A program made the translations under genes and the position numbers. The notes under the pieces were generated by a model, which saw only the letters and a program-made list of their open reading frames with translations, had not been told where the DNA came from and did not search any database. DNA of 64,000 nucleotides, taken from NCBI GenBank assembly GCA_964016885.1, contig OZ024743.1:90768001-90832000 (forward strand), written 5' to 3'. Source of the DNA: Eledone cirrhosa (lineage: Eukaryota). This document shows positions 52,173-64,000 of the stretch, piece after piece; position 1 is the first letter of the stretch, and each line of letters starts with the position of its first letter.

Positions 52173-52772
52173 ATAACGTTAAGATAGGGGATGGGATAGA
52201 TTTCAAAGTGTTCGTAGAGAGATTTCGGATGGTCTGCCAGTTTGCGTGCATCAGGTGAGAGGGGAGAGGGTCTCCTCATGGGTGTTCTTATTCCCTGGAT
52301 AGCCGCTGGATAAATTCTATAAAGTGTTGTCCGTGGTCAGGTGAAGTTGTTATCCTGAATGTTCCGCTAGTCTATAGGGATAGGTTGGGTCCTCTGGTCA
52401 GCTCTGGTAATCAAAAAGAAGAGGATTTTAAAGTCCAGTCCGTTGCTATGAGCCGTGTCATTCGGGCAGAGCATATGAAGCCATCACCTGTTTATCAGCA
52501 AATCGCTCAACTTAATCGGAGCATTTAATTAAAGTATGGGGTTAACCAAACAGAGATGTGCGGACCACATTATGGTCTGTCGGTTGTGAAGTAGATAAAA
52601 AGAAGCGCTGAACGACCTGTATAAATGGTGCAAGTCAGAGCATTATATATTAATAAAAGATCGTTCGGCCGGCTCTCTGTATCATGAAAATAAAATCTTT
52701 TTCAGGGAAATTATTGGATTTTTCCAAATTTAAAGGTTTCTTAGGAACGTTCAATGTTTATTTTAGGTTTTA

Positions 52773-52830
52773 TCGTCTGAAGAGCTCAGGATATCATAAC
52801 TGATAGTTATCAGTGAAATATGTATAACGG
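52773..52830 (+). ncRNA. Type I hammerhead candidate
   Basis: tcgt CTGAAGA gct...agt GAAA tatgta ta acgg. The upstream flank has an inverted relative at 46909-47050. Confidence 0.6.
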
Positions 52831-52859
52831 AGTTTTAAATAAACCTGAATCAACTGAAT

Positions 52860-53171
52860 ATGTTAAAAAAATTCACGTTTAAAGATGACCAAACTTTCAC
52901 AGTGAAAAACAACTTCACTTGCAACTCAGAGAACCTGATCTACGTAATCACATGCGGTGGCTGTCAACATAACTACATAGGACAGGCAGGTGTGTCATTA
53001 CGCAAAAGAATGACCATCCATCGCCAACAAATCCGAGACGGAAACACAAGAAAAATCCCCTTAAGTAGCCAACAACAAAGAATAAATAAATAAAAAACTA
53101 TTTCTTAATAAATTTAAACCTAAATTAAATATGTAATCACCCCCATTAGATTCTCTCTCTCTCCCACTCAC

Positions 53172-53256
<85 letters not shown>

Positions 53257-53900
53257 TTACACACACCACGAAATAAGAGAAAAAATTGCTCATACACATA
53301 TTTTCCAAACATTCCTGATTGAAAGCCACCACTGACGCTTTGCTCTTTTAAAAAAATTTCTCACCACAAAGGGACCTGTGACAGACAGGCTGAAGCACAC
53401 ACGCCCCCCCCTACACACACATGTGTGTATTTTTACATATACACTCTGATACGTACACACACTCTCTAAAACCATATTCCAAAAATAGAATTTCTTTTAT
53501 AACCCTACTGTTGCCAATCACAGAATTTGTCTCTAGCTTACAATTCCCCACTTCGCCACCTCCATCTGAACTGTTGACCAGTCCATTAATACAATTGAGA
53601 TACACACACATATTTACAGAATATTTCCTTTGTCCCTAAAAATGTTGTTCAATGTGAAAAAACACACCTACAAACACTGTTGCTGCTACTATCATGACTA
53701 CACACCTCTCTCTCTATTCACGAGAGTTTATTTTCCAGTCTCCTTCTCAACAAGGAAGATGAAAAAACTTACCTCAACACTTAATTTTCAATCATATAAT
53801 TTTTAGTTTTTAATTCTTATTAATTCTTTTTAATTGTAATACTCAACATTTGATAAGATGAATTTTATTAATACATCGAAACCAGTAATACTTTATATAC
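52860..53900 (+). mobile_element. PLE GIY-YIG fragment with degenerate HHR at about 53845-53890
   Basis: FTCNSENLIYVITCGGCQHNYIGQAGVSLRKRMTIHRQQI, and ttgataa gatgaatt..aatacatc GAAA ccag ta. Confidence 0.7.
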
Positions 53901-54076
53901 TTTATATACATTATAAAACTCTTTTTTAAAAGAATCGTCGCTCTCATTTTTTCAATAATGTCACTTTAACGAATCAAAGAAAGGAAAAAAAAAAAAACCG
54001 TCTCTTAAATATATTTTCTGTGCTATTTCCAGCTTTACCATTTCTCTATAACCACTGTTTTATATATATATATATA

Positions 54077-54740
54077 TAAATATAAGTATGTATACGTACA
54101 TACATATATGTATACAGACGTACAGTAGTATGTATATATATACATACATGCACGCATATATATATGTACGCATGGATTTACCGAGCATTTATTATAATGC
54201 TCGGTTTGTTTGTAAACAAACATCCCGAATTAAGCCGTACAGTGTTTAGCAACCATCGTTGCCCTTTTGTTCAACACTGACAAAGGAACGATGTACTAGT
54301 TCAAGCTTATTAGCTATCGTCAGCACCGTATACCTTCCTGCCAGATGATTGAGCGTCTGAAAGTATATACTTTCCTTATGCATATTAACGGCTGAGCAGC
54401 CTAATTTGCATATCGAGTGAGTTAATCGGCCGGGCGCACCGAAAACTAGTACATCGTTCCTTTGTCAATGTTGAACAAAAGGGCAACGCTGGTTGCTAAA
54501 CACTGTACGGCTTAATTCGGGATGTTTGTTTACAAACACACCGAGCATTATAATAAATGTTCGGTAAATCCATACGTACATGTATATATGTGTGCATGTA
54601 TGTATATATATACATACTACTGTACGTCTGTATACATATATGTATGCACGTATACATACTTATATTTAAGTAACAGCCGTACTAAGAGTGAGAAATGAAA
54701 CTTCGTTTCATTTTTTCCGTTTATATATATACTTAAATAT
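54077..54740 (+). mobile_element. Foldback (arms 54077-54301 / 54444-54668) with ~70-bp tail
   Basis: 225-bp arms with few mismatches, flanked by TA. Confidence 0.88.
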
Positions 54741-54753
54741 AAGTATGTATACG

Positions 54754-54832
<79 letters not shown>

Positions 54833-54835
<3 letters not shown>

Positions 54836-56030
54836 TAAATATCTTTAAGTCGTTTGGAAGCCTCGACAATGCAAATGGGTAAATCTCCGGGTAACAAGAT
54901 CCGGTGGTGGAGAGAGAGATGTAAGTGGGTGTACGTTGAGATGCGTGGTGTGTATAAGACGTGTAGAAGAATGAAGGAAAGAGTATAAAAAATAAAATAA
55001 AAATAACAACACGAAAGAGAGTTACCTTGGGAGAGATTTAATTGTCCCTATATATTTCGGATTCACATCCATCAACTGGGGTTTTTTTCCGGGGTGGGGG
55101 AAAGGTTGTCTGTCGGAAAGGTGCGAAACGCGTCCTCCGCTGTTTGTTGTTTTGAATATCTGAGGTATTCAGCAGAGCGCGCGTGTGCGTGAAATGGGGT
55201 CGGTCGGGCAGAGGTCAGCGGCCGAATGAGGGAGTGGGGTGGCGCTAGCTGTCAGTCCATTCTCTGCCTGTTTGTTAAATATTACTGTGTGTGCGTGTGT
55301 TGTTGTCTCGCTTGAGTGTGTGTGTGTGCGTGTGTTGTTGTCTCGCTTGAGTGTGTGTGTGTGCGTGTGTTGTTGCCTTGTTCCTCTGTATTGACAGTGT
55401 AGTATGTTCGTATGGTGGAATGTTACTGTGTGTGTGTGCGTGTGCGTGTGTAGTTGTCTCGTTTGTGTGTGTGTGTTGCTGCATCGGTTGTTAACTTAAA
55501 CCAGCCATCTCATTTCGCTTCTCTCGGATCGATTGTTTATTTGTGGTCGCAGGCGTTTGATAAAAAGCGCTTCCTTGATACGTAACGTGCCGACGTTTCT
55601 TTCAGTCGCTAGAATTGTGACAATGGGCCTTCCGTCTTTGTTTCCGCATTTGTCTATGTGTTTCCGGAAAGACGAGGCCCTGGTTTTAGTGTGTTCCTTG
55701 ATCCGGATGTGCAAAGGTCGGATTGTGCTACCTATGTAGTATTGGTTGCACCTGTCACATTCTATCTTATACATAACGTATGTGCGTAGGCAACAGTTCG
55801 CATGGCGTATCGGGCAGTCTCTGAGGGAGCATGCGTCAGTAGATTTCCCGGGTTTCCTGGAGAGGCATCTTCGCAGGGAGGGGCCCGAGTGGGCCAGGTA
55901 GATGTCGAGGCCCTCCCTCCGTATAGCCTTGCGGATAGCGTTGGTGGTATTCTCGCCCAGGTGTGGCATTTTAAGGAAGCACTTGCCTTGGGTGCCTCTC
56001 TGTCTCTTCTGTCTGGTGTCTCCTATTCTG
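54833..56030 (-). mobile_element. PLE GIY-YIG + 3' UTR, related to the 26.4-27.8 kb element
   Basis: CFLKMPHLGENTTNAIRKAIRREGLDIYLAHSGPSLR and VMYKIECDRCNQYYIGST. Confidence 0.88.
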
Positions 56031-57007
56031 TCTGAGCGAGGTGGTGAAGTTGAGGGAGGGGTGGAAGGAACAGTAGAAAGAGAGAAAGGAGTCGAGCTGT
56101 TCTCGGGTGAGAGTCGTGACCCCGACACAGTCATCAATGTAACGACCGTACAGTTCGGGCGTGGGACCGGTGTATTGGGCAATGATCTGCCCAAATATGG
56201 CCAACGGAAAGGTTGGCATAGGTGGGGCCCATTCTTGTGCCTATGGCTACCCCAGTGACCTGTTGGTAAAATTCACCCGAGAGGGAGAAGCAGCTAAAGG
56301 TGAGGACCAGCTCAGCGAGGTGGAGGAGGGTGGAGGTGGAGGGAACGGGGGAGGGACGAAGGTCGAGGTAGTGTTGTAGGGCGCGTATGCCGTCGGTGTG
56401 GGGGATGGCGGTGTACAGAGATTTTAAGTCTAAGGTGAAGAGGAAGGTGTGGGCCGGGTGGGAACGTGAGGGAGTAAAAAACGGAGGGCGTTGTGTCGAA
56501 AATGTGGAAGGGGAAGGCGGTGGTGAGAGGAGCGAAGATGAAGTCGAGGAAGGCAGAGATGAGTTCGGTAGGGCAGTTGCAGGCGGAGACGATGATGCGA
56601 CCGGAGGTATCGGGTGTGTGGATTTGGGGGAGGAAGTAGATGGTGGGGGTGCAGGGGGGATGAGGGGAGAGGTAGTGGGGGTAGAAGGAGGAGACGAGGT
56701 GTTGGATGGTGGAGGAAACTTGTTGCTGGTAGTGGGGCTTAGGGTCGGAGGGTAGGGGCCGGTAGAAGAGGTGGTTCCGCAGCTGCTTGAGGCACCACCA
56801 CGGCGCCTCCCTTGTCCGCCAGTTTGATGACGATGTCATCACGGTTACGGAGGGAACGGAGAGCGAGGAGTTCAGCCCGAGAGATGCTTCTCCGTTTGAG
56901 GAGGCGGAAGTCGAAGCGGTTTACTGCGCTACGACAGGCATCGATGAAGGAGTCCAGTGTGCTGAATTGTCCGGGTGCCGGCGTCCAAAATGATGGTCGT
57001 CGGCCCA
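56031..57007 (-). mobile_element. Frameshifted PLE RT fragment
   Basis: Motifs IKLADKGGAVVV, YFLPQIH, GRIIVSACNCPTE, YGRYIDDCVG, FHPSLNFT. Confidence 0.85.
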
Positions 57008-57022
57008 ATATACACACACACA

Positions 57023-57170
<148 letters not shown>

Positions 57171-57171
57171 T

Positions 57172-57405
57172 TGGTAAACGGAAAAGAAAATGCTGACAAA
57201 TTGTTCACAGTGAAAAATAGTTTAATTAGGAATAAGTGAGAATTAGTAATAGTATTGGTTAGTATTCAGTTTTGGTTTTAAGTTTTACCGGTTGCGCATT
57301 TCTAATGCTTTTCAAAAATAATTTTGAGATAGAGCGTCCGTGGTGTTTGCTCTAATCTGATTAGTTTTGGAAATTCTACCTGTTTTATGTGAAAAAAGTG
57401 GCTCC
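57172..57405 (-). repeat. Single-arm copy of the 4553-5051 family
   Basis: ggtaaacggaaaagaaaatgctgacaaattgttcacag...aaaaaagtggctcca. Confidence 0.85.
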
Positions 57406-57993
57406 AGATGTATTAAAATAAGTTTCACGCCAATTCGTGTTGCAAAAATTATTGTGGTCAAAACAATTTTGATTGGTCGGTTGAGGTCATGTGAATGTTA
57501 AAAATTGATTTTGCGCCAAATGTAGGTTTGTGTCGGCTGATTGAGAAGTCACTGAAAAATAAGTCTTTCAAAACAAATATGTGTGTGTGTGTGTGTGTGT
57601 GTAGTAGTAGTAAAGAGGTTCGTTGTTGTGATAATGGTCAGCAGGGATGTGTGTGCGAACCGCAGCCTGTTGACAGTTCAAATGCCTATTAAGACAAGTG
57701 TGTGTGTGTAGCAGAGTAATTCGTGGTAGAGGGATGGTCAGTAGGAATGTGTCTGTAAGTGTGTGGGGGATATTTTAACATGTTAAAAGATATTTTTCAG
57801 CTCTTGTCTTATACGGAGAAGTGTGTGTGTGTGTGTGTATATGTCTCTTTGTATGTTAATGTACGCGTGTGTATGTGTGTGTGTATATATGTGTGTGTGT
57901 ATATATATATGTGTGTGTGTGTGTGCGTGGGTGGGTGGACCAGTATTTTTGTGATACTGGTAAAATGGTGTACATTATTCGTAATGGTGTACG

Positions 57994-58229
57994 TGTTGAG
58001 TGCTACTTAGCCGATATTTGCATTTCTTTATTGTGCTACAATAAAACTCACCTCTAACTTTTAATTTCTAAATTTTTTAAAATTATGTTTTATCTTACAA
58101 CGTTTTTTTTTGTTTTTTTCTCTGTGAGACAGTGTTTCTCAGTATTAAAGGTTATCTCTCTCTCCCTCACTCATTTTCCCCTCCTCTCTCATCCTTCCTT
58201 CTTATACTCCTCCTCCGTCATCCTCTCCT

Positions 58230-58314
<85 letters not shown>

Positions 58315-58372
58315 AGGTGAGTTTTATTGTAGCACAATAAAGAAATGCAAATATCCGATTAGTAGCACTCAA
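57994..58372. repeat. 60-bp inverted pair (57994-58054 / 58313-58372) spanning a (TA)n tract
   Basis: gttgagtgctact...aaaactcacctct versus agaggtgagtttt...agtagcactcaac. Confidence 0.8.
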
Positions 58373-58569
58373 CAGTTTATAGGACTGGAGTATAAATAAT
58401 ATAAAATCCAAAGATGGTTAAAAGAGTTCCATGTATTTTATTATGCGCATTTCAAAAACAAATATCATCATAGGATGATATTTGCGTTCTCATCAGATAA
58501 AATAGGGAGACATGATATGAAGCTTAAAAAACACTTGCGAGTAGTGAAGTGTTAAATCAACATATGATA

Positions 58570-61500
58570 AATAAAGACAGCACTTGCCACTCCATCCTGA
58601 TTTTCCTCTTCAAGCGAAACTTAAAAAAGTTAATTAGGGATTCGCCGAAGAGGAAAGTGTCTGTCTTTAACCCATTTAACCTTGTCCACCACACAATCTC
58701 TTTCGTCATGGCCACCAGGCAGATGAAAACCGCCTGCCCTTCCTCCTCGAAGGAAGACGGCGAGACCATCTGCACAATGGACTCAGTCGATAGCCGGATC
58801 CGTCCTACACGCGACAGCAACTGTTCGACATAGCTCCACAAGTCAGCAATGCTCGGGCACTGAACGAGTGCGTGCACGACGGTTTCGTCGCTCTGCGCGC
58901 ATCTCGGGAAGGCTCGGCTGACGGCACTTGCGTGCCTGTAGAGCTTATCTCGAACCGGCAGCGCTCCCCAGTAGCACTGCCAGGCCAGGGATTTTAGGAA
59001 GTTATTCATAGGCCCTGAAAGTTCTCCGGAAGAGAGCAAACACCTGTTTTTCTTCAACGCCCAAGATCTCTTCGAGAATGTCGTCGCTCTTCCCATCTAC
59101 TAGTCCTCTATAGAACGCCGAGGTGGATGTTCCACCGATACTGGTGCTCAACTAGCAGAGTGCCCTCTGGAGAGATTCCAGTTTCCAAGCGCTATCCCTC
59201 GGTTTTTTCCTGACCCAGGACTGCAGTTCCGTCAAGGAGACGAGCTGTGGGAAAACTGCCTGGCGAACGGCGACCACACCTGTTCACCGTCAAGGAAGCA
59301 CCAGAGATGTCGCAGCCCCAGCGCATGTTTGCGCATCAATAGCCATGGCGTGCTCAGTCCTCCACGCAACGGGTGTTGACAGCAGATGGATCGTCTGGTG
59401 AGAGTTGGGTCGGGGCAAGGGACGACGGTGAAGCGGTAGCAGATGACGGATGTGATGTACGCATTCGCCACCTCCACCCGGCCTTTCAGTGACAGCTTCC
59501 TCTCGGCCCATTTCTGGGTGAGGGAGGCCACCCTGCTCGTCACCTCGCTCCAGTTTTTCTCCATATGGAGGTCCGGACCGAACCATACACCGAGCAATTT
59601 AACCGGTCCGTCCGTCCAGCGCCCCACGACGCCGTCGGACGGCATGAACTTGCCTCTCCATGTACCGAGTTGCAAGCCCACCGACTTTTCCTGGTTTATC
59701 TTTGCTCCTGTCACCGCTTCGTATTCCTTGAGAGCGGTGCCGAGCAACTGGACGTGTTTGGTGCTCGACACCACCACGGTGACGTCGTCGGCGTAAGCCG
59801 ACTCGGATTTCCCGCATCCTAGTTCGCGTGGGACGCCCCTAATCGCCCCCAGTTTGTGCAGTAACGGCTCGAGAGCCAATACGTACAAGAGGGACGAGAG
59901 GAGACAACCCTGGCAGACTGAGCGCATGATGCTGAACGGCTGCGACAGGTGACTGTTCACCCTCATAACTGAGCAGATGTCGCTGTACATCGCTGCGATC
60001 CAACCCCTGAAAACGGGCCAGAAACCGGCTGCCTCGAAGACTGCCGCTAGGTACCGATGGTCGACCCTATCGAATGCTTTGGATTGATCCAAGTTGATCA
60101 GGGCCCCACCCGTGCCAGTTTCCCTAACCACCCTCTCTATGATGTATCGCATGAGGTGGAGGTTGTGTATGGATCTGTCCGGAATGGCGCATGTCGAGAG
60201 CCGAGGCAATCCGTCGAGGTATGCACTGAAGTCCATGCCCAGATCCGGGCCGCCGCTGCTCCCGAACAGTTCAGCAAAGTGCTGCTGAAAAGCTTCACAT
60301 ATCTGCTCGGGTTCGAGCATCACGCACCCGTTTTGATCAGACAAAGACCGAATTGTGGTTTTGTTGCCACGTCGCGCCTCTTCACCCCGGGCCCATTGGA
60401 CCGCTTTTGTCCCCTCGTGTTTCAGAGCACGCGCTCTAGCTCTGACAACGCAGCCTTCGTGCCTTCTAGCTTTCTGACTAGCTCTCCCTCTACTCTATTT
60501 TCCTCTATCACTACTTCTTTGCTAAACCTAATCGACTCTACTTTAATTGCCCTTTTCAGGGCGAACAACCACCTGTTGTTGACGACCGCTCCCATCAACG
60601 CCCGCTTAACTAATACGCTAATCCGGTTTCTGTAGGCTTTGCGCGCCGGGAAAGACGCGTTCAGCTTCCAGTAACCGGGCCCTTGTCTATGAAGTCTGTC
60701 TATGTCGATCTCACAGATAACAAATTTGTGGTCTGTGTAGTCGACTATTTTAAATTGTGGACAACTTATACTAGCCTTATCTAGTTCTCTGCAGAATACC
60801 CTATCGAGATACGATCTGGATGACCCGATGCGGTTTGTCCATGTCCACATTGGCACATTCGGGTGATCCAGTCGATACCTGTCAGACAGTTCAAAACGTC
60901 TGAGCAGGTTGGTGAGGCTCTTGCACCCTCCTCCCCTATCCACTAGCCCCACACAATCCCTGCGTGCATCCAAGATACCGTTCCAGTCGCCCACTAACAC
61001 TAACACTAACGGGACGTTCCAAGAAAGGTCTCTAGACGTCTGAAGAAATCTGGCCGTCCTGCCCCTGTTGGGGCGTAGACGGCTACTAGCCTGAAAGCAT
61101 TGCTTTCGCTGCCGGTCACGTCCAGCACCACCGACTTACCTTCTGGGTCTAGGAAGATGGTCCGTATGGCGAGATCCAAGCCTCTCCGAAAAAGGACGGC
61201 AACCCCTCCCCTCGATCCTGGACGGCTGGGAGATGCGTATACATCGTAGCCGCCGAAATCGGTGCGAAGGCTTGTGCTTCGGAGATTCTGGTCTCACTGA
61301 TGGCCACCACATCTATGTTTAGTAACCTGAGGTCGTTGAGCAGGTCACCCTGCTTCCAAGATGACCCCAGGCCACGTGCATTTATACTGACTATTCTGAG
61401 TACGGCCATGTTGGATGAGAAACGGGGCAAGTGAGAAAGGGTCACTTACCTTGATCGTGTGGTGAAGGGACAGGAGAACCGTCCCTTTGGGTGGTCATGG

Positions 61501-63677
61501 GTGTTTCCAAGAGGATGTCAGTGTATAGCCTCTTGGTAACCGGCCCTCTGAAGTCTCCAACTGCGTTGGGGAATTTTTGTTTTAAAGGTTTGTACTGTTC
61601 TATTGAGATTTCAATGATGTTTATGTTTGTCGGGAGAGTTCTTGGTGTTGGTGGGGTGTAGTAGTTTTTTTCTGTTATGTCTGTGTGCTGCTTTATATAT
61701 TCTATGAGTTCTTTTTTTGCCATGTTTATGGCTGCGTACTTTTTGGGGGGAGGGGTGATTTTGTTGCTGTTTGGTGTGTGTGTTTTGTTTTGTTTGCGTT
61801 GTTGGTGTTTTTGGTGATGCTGGTGGTGGTATGGTTGTTGTTGTCAGTGGTGCTTGTGGTGGTAATGGTGATGGTGGTGGTGTTGCTGCAAGTTTCCTTG
61901 CTGCCTTTACCCCTCTTTGTATGCCTTCGCTTTTGGAGGGTGAATCTAAGGGTTTTTTTTGTTTTTTGTGGCAGACCGTTTGCCACTTCACTCCCGCCTC
62001 AAACTCCATGTCGGATTCCGTGGCGTCTGGGAGGGGTATGTGCTCCACGGCTGTTGGTGGTGGTAGTGGAGCCCTCTTCGGCAATTTTGTTGCTGGTGTA
62101 GCTACTTCAAATGTAGCTATTGGTGTTGCCGCCACTGATGCTGCTGCTTTAGTTGTCCGTGGCCTTGGTACGGGTGCCACGGACGTTGCCCTGCTACTCA
62201 CCGTGGAAGAGGCTTCTGCGTTTGTTGCCTGCCCTGCTCTTGGTAGCAGCGGACCAGGTATTGGAAGGAGAGGGGCCTTCTTCTTCGCTGTCTTCTGCGG
62301 GCAAAAGGCCCTGAGGTGACCCTTCGACCCACAGAGATAACATTTTGGCCGTATTCCTTCTACGCTAATAGGGAGTTGGAGTCCTTCCTCGATGTCTCTG
62401 ATATCGGGGATAGCGTCGATACATTCCTGGTCAGTTTGTATAACCATTTGCAGGCCTATACCTGACCAGTTCTCTCTCCCTATTTTCTCTACTTGCAGCA
62501 TGGTCGTCCTGTCCTTGATTCCAGCAAGGACTGACGCGGCCAGCCAAGCTATGGGCACGTTGGGTGGGACCTGGGTCACTTTGACCCTCACAATTTTCTG
62601 CCCGCAGTAGGAGGGCACCAAGACTATCTCCTCACTCTTTAGGGTTTCCAAAGAGTGAGACTTTGTTTCCTGAGGGGTGGCGAAAAGTACGTCTACTGTG
62701 GCGTACTTTCTGCCTCGAATGATGTGGGTTTTGCGTGCCCAGACGCACCCCAAGGCCTTTTGGATTTGAGCCTCCGTGAGATTTTGCTTACGGTGCGGTA
62801 AGTCACCATCCGTAGCTGCTGGTCCTTGAAACAATAGGGTGGAGGTTTCAAGGAGACTCTATTGGCGCTTCTTGTCACCATGGCCCTTGCGACTACCATC
62901 TCCTCCTCTGTGACTAACACTGTCTCGATATTTCGGGCGACACCTGCAAAAGAAGTGGCCCCTTTTTCAGCAGCACCACTATTGCTGCCGCTACTGGTCT
63001 TACTGGTGGTGCTGAGATCGCTGTTACAGGTATCGATGTCATTGTTGATGTTTTCGTTGGTACAGTTGTTGTTGTTGTTGTTGTTTTCATTGATACTGTT
63101 GCTGTTGTTACTGTTATTGTGGCTGTTGTTATTATTGTTGTTTTTGTTGATACTGTTCCTACTATTATTGTTTTTGTGGCTGTTGTTATTGTCATTGTTA
63201 TTGTCGTTCTCGACCTTTCCGCTGTTATTTTTGTTATTGTCGTTCTCGACTTTACCGCTGTTATTTTTGTTGTTGCTGTTGTTATTGTTGGTGTTGTTTG
63301 TGTTAGAAATATTTGTTAATTTTAAATCTGTAACAATCTTCTTTTCCTTTGTAATATTTTCGTTTATATTTACCTCCGCTAGAACGCTGTCTTGTTGATA
63401 TGTTGACAAAGTCTCCCTCTCTCTGTGTTGTCTGACAGCGCTCTCTCTGTTTCTTGTGTTATCCATGTTGAAATTTTTTTTTCAAAAATATTTTTACACA
63501 AATACTAATACGACACCCCGTAAAGGGGTGCCGTATTATTTACGAGTGAACCCCTGTATTAGGTGGGTCACTTCTAAACTTTTATCAAATTTAAAACTTG
63601 AATAAAAGGTTTAGAACGGTTGAAAACGAGGTAAAACGTTGAAAAAAACTGGAGGCGATAAGAAGCGTGGCTTCACC
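58570..63677 (-). mobile_element. Near full-length degenerate Tx1/L1-clade retrotransposon (ORF1 about 61445-63466; ORF2 about 58570-61409)
   Basis: ORF1 has the knuckle CYLCGSKGHLRAFC. APE motifs SINARGL, ISET, GDWN, SYLDRV, TDH, GYWKLN. RT motifs LDQSKAFDRVDH, QGCLLS, YADD, LLGVWF. The C-terminus has CAQSDETVVHALVQC. Confidence 0.92.
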
Positions 63678-63682
63678 AACAA

Positions 63683-63872
63683 TAATAGTTTCTATTTTAG
63701 GCACAAGGCCAGAAATTACCAAGTACATTACTGGTACTTTATTTTATCGACCCCGTAAGGGTGAAAGGCAAAGTTAACCTCGGCGGGATTTGAACTCAGA
63801 TCATAAAGGGACGTAACTCTATGCTTCAAAGCATGGTGTCCGACTCTCTACCGACACTGCCAATCCACCACC
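63683..63872 (-). mobile_element. tRNA-derived SINE
   Basis: Reverse complement of the 8879 family. Confidence 0.9.
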
Positions 63873-63885
63873 AACAATAATAATA

Positions 63886-64000
63886 ATAGTTTCTTATATA
63901 GGCACAAGGCCAGTAATTTGGGGGAGGGGAAAGTCGATTAAATCGACCCCAGTGCGTGACTAGTACTTTATTTTATCGACCCCATAAGGATGAAAGGCAA
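63886..64000 (-). mobile_element. SINE 3' part (variant subfamily), cut by the window edge
   Basis: ggcacaaggccag...tactttattttatcgacccc.taaggatgaaaggcaa. Confidence 0.8.

Noticed and set aside
55044-55082. Minus-strand hammerhead-like motif (CAGTTGA t ggat gtga atcc GAAA tatata ggg)
   Set aside because: The position fits a PLE 3' UTR, but the core has two substitutions, so I did not call it a ribozyme.
55105-55140. GAAACGCGTC hammerhead half on the plus strand
   Set aside because: There is no CTGANGA core or stem I partner upstream, and it is antisense to the host PLE.
59443-63398. Plus-strand ORFs over the Tx1 element
   Set aside because: They are antisense shadows of the minus-strand retrotransposon ORFs.

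Overview
This is AT-rich, microsatellite-dense animal DNA. The SINE and RTE-tail repeats resemble those I recall from Octopus genomes; that is an inference, not a search result. Almost the whole window is transposon-derived: two CR1-group LINEs, an RTE fragment, a near full-length R4/Dong-type element, two Tx1/L1-clade copies, several Penelope-like element (PLE) pieces including one with a young RT+GIY-YIG ORF, a non-autonomous Helitron, two non-coding LTR elements, DNA-transposon relics, six tRNA-derived SINE copies and a 9-kb satellite of 26-bp units. The most striking signal is a dozen or more foldback inserts in (TA)n tracts. Most share one asymmetric architecture: (TA)n, tail-less arm, turn, inverted arm plus unique tail, microsatellite. 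The tail-less end is fixed within each family while the turn point varies. About half of these inserts carry minimal type I hammerhead ribozymes (HHRs) with palindromic stem III, and two still carry PLE coding sequence. This points to a PLE-driven, microsatellite-primed, two-ended insertion system that produces miniature ribozyme-bearing hairpin elements. One candidate host exon encoding a signal peptide lies at 5791-6004 (-). All alignments and folds were done by eye, so coordinates may be off by a few bases.
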